Below the pieces are notes generated by a model. The model did not search any database, was not told the DNA's origin, and saw only the letters and a list, made by a program, of their open reading frames with translations. A stretch of 64,000 bases of DNA from Vulcanimicrobiota bacterium. GTDB taxonomy: Bacteria > Vulcanimicrobiota > Vulcanimicrobiia > Vulcanimicrobiales > Vulcanimicrobiaceae. Positions 61,688 to 64,000 of this stretch are shown piece by piece. The stretch covers positions 206,702 through 270,701 of the forward strand of contig CAWHWQ010000004.1 of NCBI GenBank assembly GCA_963833095.1, given 5' to 3'. Positions within the stretch are counted from its first letter, which is position 1; the number at the start of each line of letters is the position of its first letter. Both the position numbers and the translations under genes were made by a program.

Positions 61688-63978
61688 ATGATATATCTGA
61701 CTCACCTTAGGGAAAGTGCTCGGGTCTGCTCTCCGAGGCGGGCGACAACCCTACTGGGCGGCGAAAAGGGGCAGGGGTGGAAATAATGAACGCTCGCCCG
61801 CATCGGACGAAACCGCAATGGTCGTAGGTCCGGGTTTGATGATCTGTCTGAGCTTAGGTGTGATCGCGGGCGGGACCTACAATCCTTCGCCGCCAGCGTT
61901 CGCCGCTGGTATGCACAATGGTGGTGGTGGCCGCTTATTTCCGTCCTAAGCCTGTTGACGCTGCCGGGCGGAATATTTCTCGGCTACTTTCCTCCCGCAC
62001 ATGAGTCTGGCTTTCGGGGCGGCTGTGCCGTGGTATTTTGTGACTAAAAGAGCAAAAAAAAGCGCGACTACCATCACATAATATTCAGGCCGATGAAACT
62101 TACCGGCATATTGCACAACAGCGTGATAGAGCTCGAACGGCGGTAAAGGTTATTTAAGCCTTAAAACAAAAAGGAGCGCGATGGGGCTACGCCGAGAGTT
62201 TGAAACTGCCGTTCCGAAACAAGTCTTTGACGCAATGAAAACAGGTCGGGGAGAATGCCGAAAAAACGCGCGGCGAGGCGCTGAATGAAAAAATGCGGCA
62301 GTGAATAAGAAGTGGGCGATGGTCGTTCATAACATTGATTAGCTACTATCGCTATAGTTGACTTGCTGCCAAGTCTTGATTGGAAGTCCTCAAGAGGGAT
62401 GGAGGCGCGCGAGCCATCGAAACGTGAATTCGAGCGGAGACCCTGTTACAGACTTCATGGTGATGCAGGACGCTAACGAAAAAGACTTTTAGCACAATAC
62501 GTCCGCAGATCATTAAAGTTATGCGTGAACTACAATTTAACCATGGCCTCTATAACTACGCGCTTAGTGATACCAAGATCGGAAGCATCGTTAACGACCC
62601 GATAATAGAGTTGCCGAGATGATGGCTGGCTTTGGTGACCCTCGGATTTATACGCTACTCGCGAAGCATAATCGCCGAGTCCGCGATAGTGGCATGTCCC
62701 GAAGCGAGCTTACGTGCTGCAGAGCGCGAAGAACCAGCGCTAAGAATGCAAGGAGACAACAATAAAGGGCGAGGACGCCATGAAGCGCTTCGAGGACTTT
62801 CCTCTTTGGGTCGGCGTAATCCGCGCTGGGGAAAAAGGAAGGGGCCGAAGAGGTCAGAGAAGTCATTGAAGATGCCATCCCGAACCTACGGAGAAACCCG
62901 AGGCCGATGAATAGGTCCGCGCTGGTTAATCCGCAGTTCGGCGTTCGTGCAACGCAGCGCCATCATACGTCAAGCGGCTGTCCATCCGTACCCTTGAGGA
63001 CCGTTGCGAAGCGCCCAGCGTCGTCTCTTCCCTCGCGAGCGTTGAACCGGAACACCTGCTCGTCAACGTAGGCGTCAAGATGGAACGGAACGCGGTGCAA
63101 ATGTACGTCCCGTGAAGCGTGCGCTTGAAGCAGCCCCAGAAGTTCTCAATCGTGTTGGTATGCACGTCGGCCTTCGCAGTACGTCACCCAATGGTCGATG
63201 AAGGCGTGCGCGTAGCCAATGTCGGGAAGCCCGCGATACGGTCCCCATCGCATCGGTGTAGATCGTCGCGTTCGGAAACACGTTTGGCGCGAATATGCGG
63301 TAAACAGCGTCGAACGCTTGCGATCAGGCTATAACCATCGCTTTGAACTTTGGCACTGGCTGCGTCCCTTCGTTGCGGCCATGCCGAGTACCATCGTCTT
63401 GCCCTCGAACGGATACACGCTCTTTACGGTTCTGGTACTTGTTACGGCCAAGCCCATCGTTGGCGATGTTTGCGAGCACCGACGAAGGTTTCGTCAACTT
63501 CAACTTCGCCCTCGAACTTTGTGGGCTCCACCATCGCGCATCGCTTCACGAACGCGGTGCAGCATGAACCACGCCGTCTTTTGCGTTACGCCGAGCGCCC
63601 GCGCAAGTTCGTGCGAGGACGTTCCGTTCTTGGTGTTCGCCAGGAGCCAAAGAGCCGGGAGCCATTGCCAAAACGAGATCGGGCTCTTCCTCAAAGATCG
63701 TCCCGGTCTTAGCCGAGAAACACGCGCTTGCAATCTTTGCAGCGCCAGGTCTTGCGGGTCGAGGATGAACTGCACGGCAGCCGAGCCGCAACCCATCCGG
63801 GGGCACGCAACCGCGTGCGGCCAGCGGACCTTAACGAAGTGGGCCCAGGCCCGCTCGGGGTCCGAGAAGTAGGTCACGGCTTCGAGGAGGGTCGTCGGCT
63901 GCTTGTCCATACCCTGAGCATGTACTCGCCCGGTGACACCTGGGTGGCATCAGAAGGTGAGTCAGGTATATCATCCGG
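61684..63978 (-). mobile_element. IS1595-family element with passenger DNA
   Basis: Ends CAAGATGATATATCTGACTCACCTT and CCGGATGATATACCTGACTCACCTT (revcomp); 8-bp direct repeat ACAAATGT at 61676-83 and 63979-86; lower-GC interior. Confidence 0.9.
62926..63910 (-). CDS. IS1595-family transposase, multiple indels; 3' end approximate
   Basis: RWP...CP..CG zinc ribbon, GTIFE, LAR.LGVTQKTAWFMLHR.R, EVDETF, IYTD, HTNTIENFW..FKR. Confidence 0.88.
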
Positions 63979-63986
63979 ACAAATGT

Positions 63987-64000
63987 CAAGATGATATATC
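63987..64000. mobile_element. start of a second identical IS end
   Basis: CAAGATGATATATC is identical to 61684-61697; truncated by the window edge. Confidence 0.6.

Overview
High-GC (roughly 60-65% by eye) bacterial chromosome segment, mostly housekeeping biosynthesis. It holds thrC-thrB and hom-metY-metX operons, a dispersed minus-strand de novo purine cluster (purB, purC fusion, purL, purQ, purS-like, two archaeal-type purP, guaA, purD, purF, purM, GNAT-purN), and panB-bluB, cydAB, an RND pump, holA, mtnA, ribH and an HTH-ribBA fusion. It ends in a 2.3 kb IS1595-family element. A Gram-positive-type LexA box combined with diderm features suggests a diderm Terrabacteria lineage such as Eremiobacterota (inference only). 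Clustered single-base indels in essential genes (thrB, metY, purM, pepA, RND, transposase) look like long-read errors. Most notable signals: (1) two apparently leaderless ribosome-mediated attenuators, one with 11 consecutive Thr codons and one Met/Thr/Ile/Cys-rich, sharing a conserved loop motif; (2) a TGTCA-tagged palindromic repeat family at 10 loci, several copies translated in frame inside enzymes; (3) an HTH-RibBA fusion whose -35 straddles an IS end, with a second IS end starting right after the target duplication; (4) a mosaic purine pathway with two PurP paralogs, a PurC-PurE-like fusion, a double-length PurS and a GNAT-PurN fusion.
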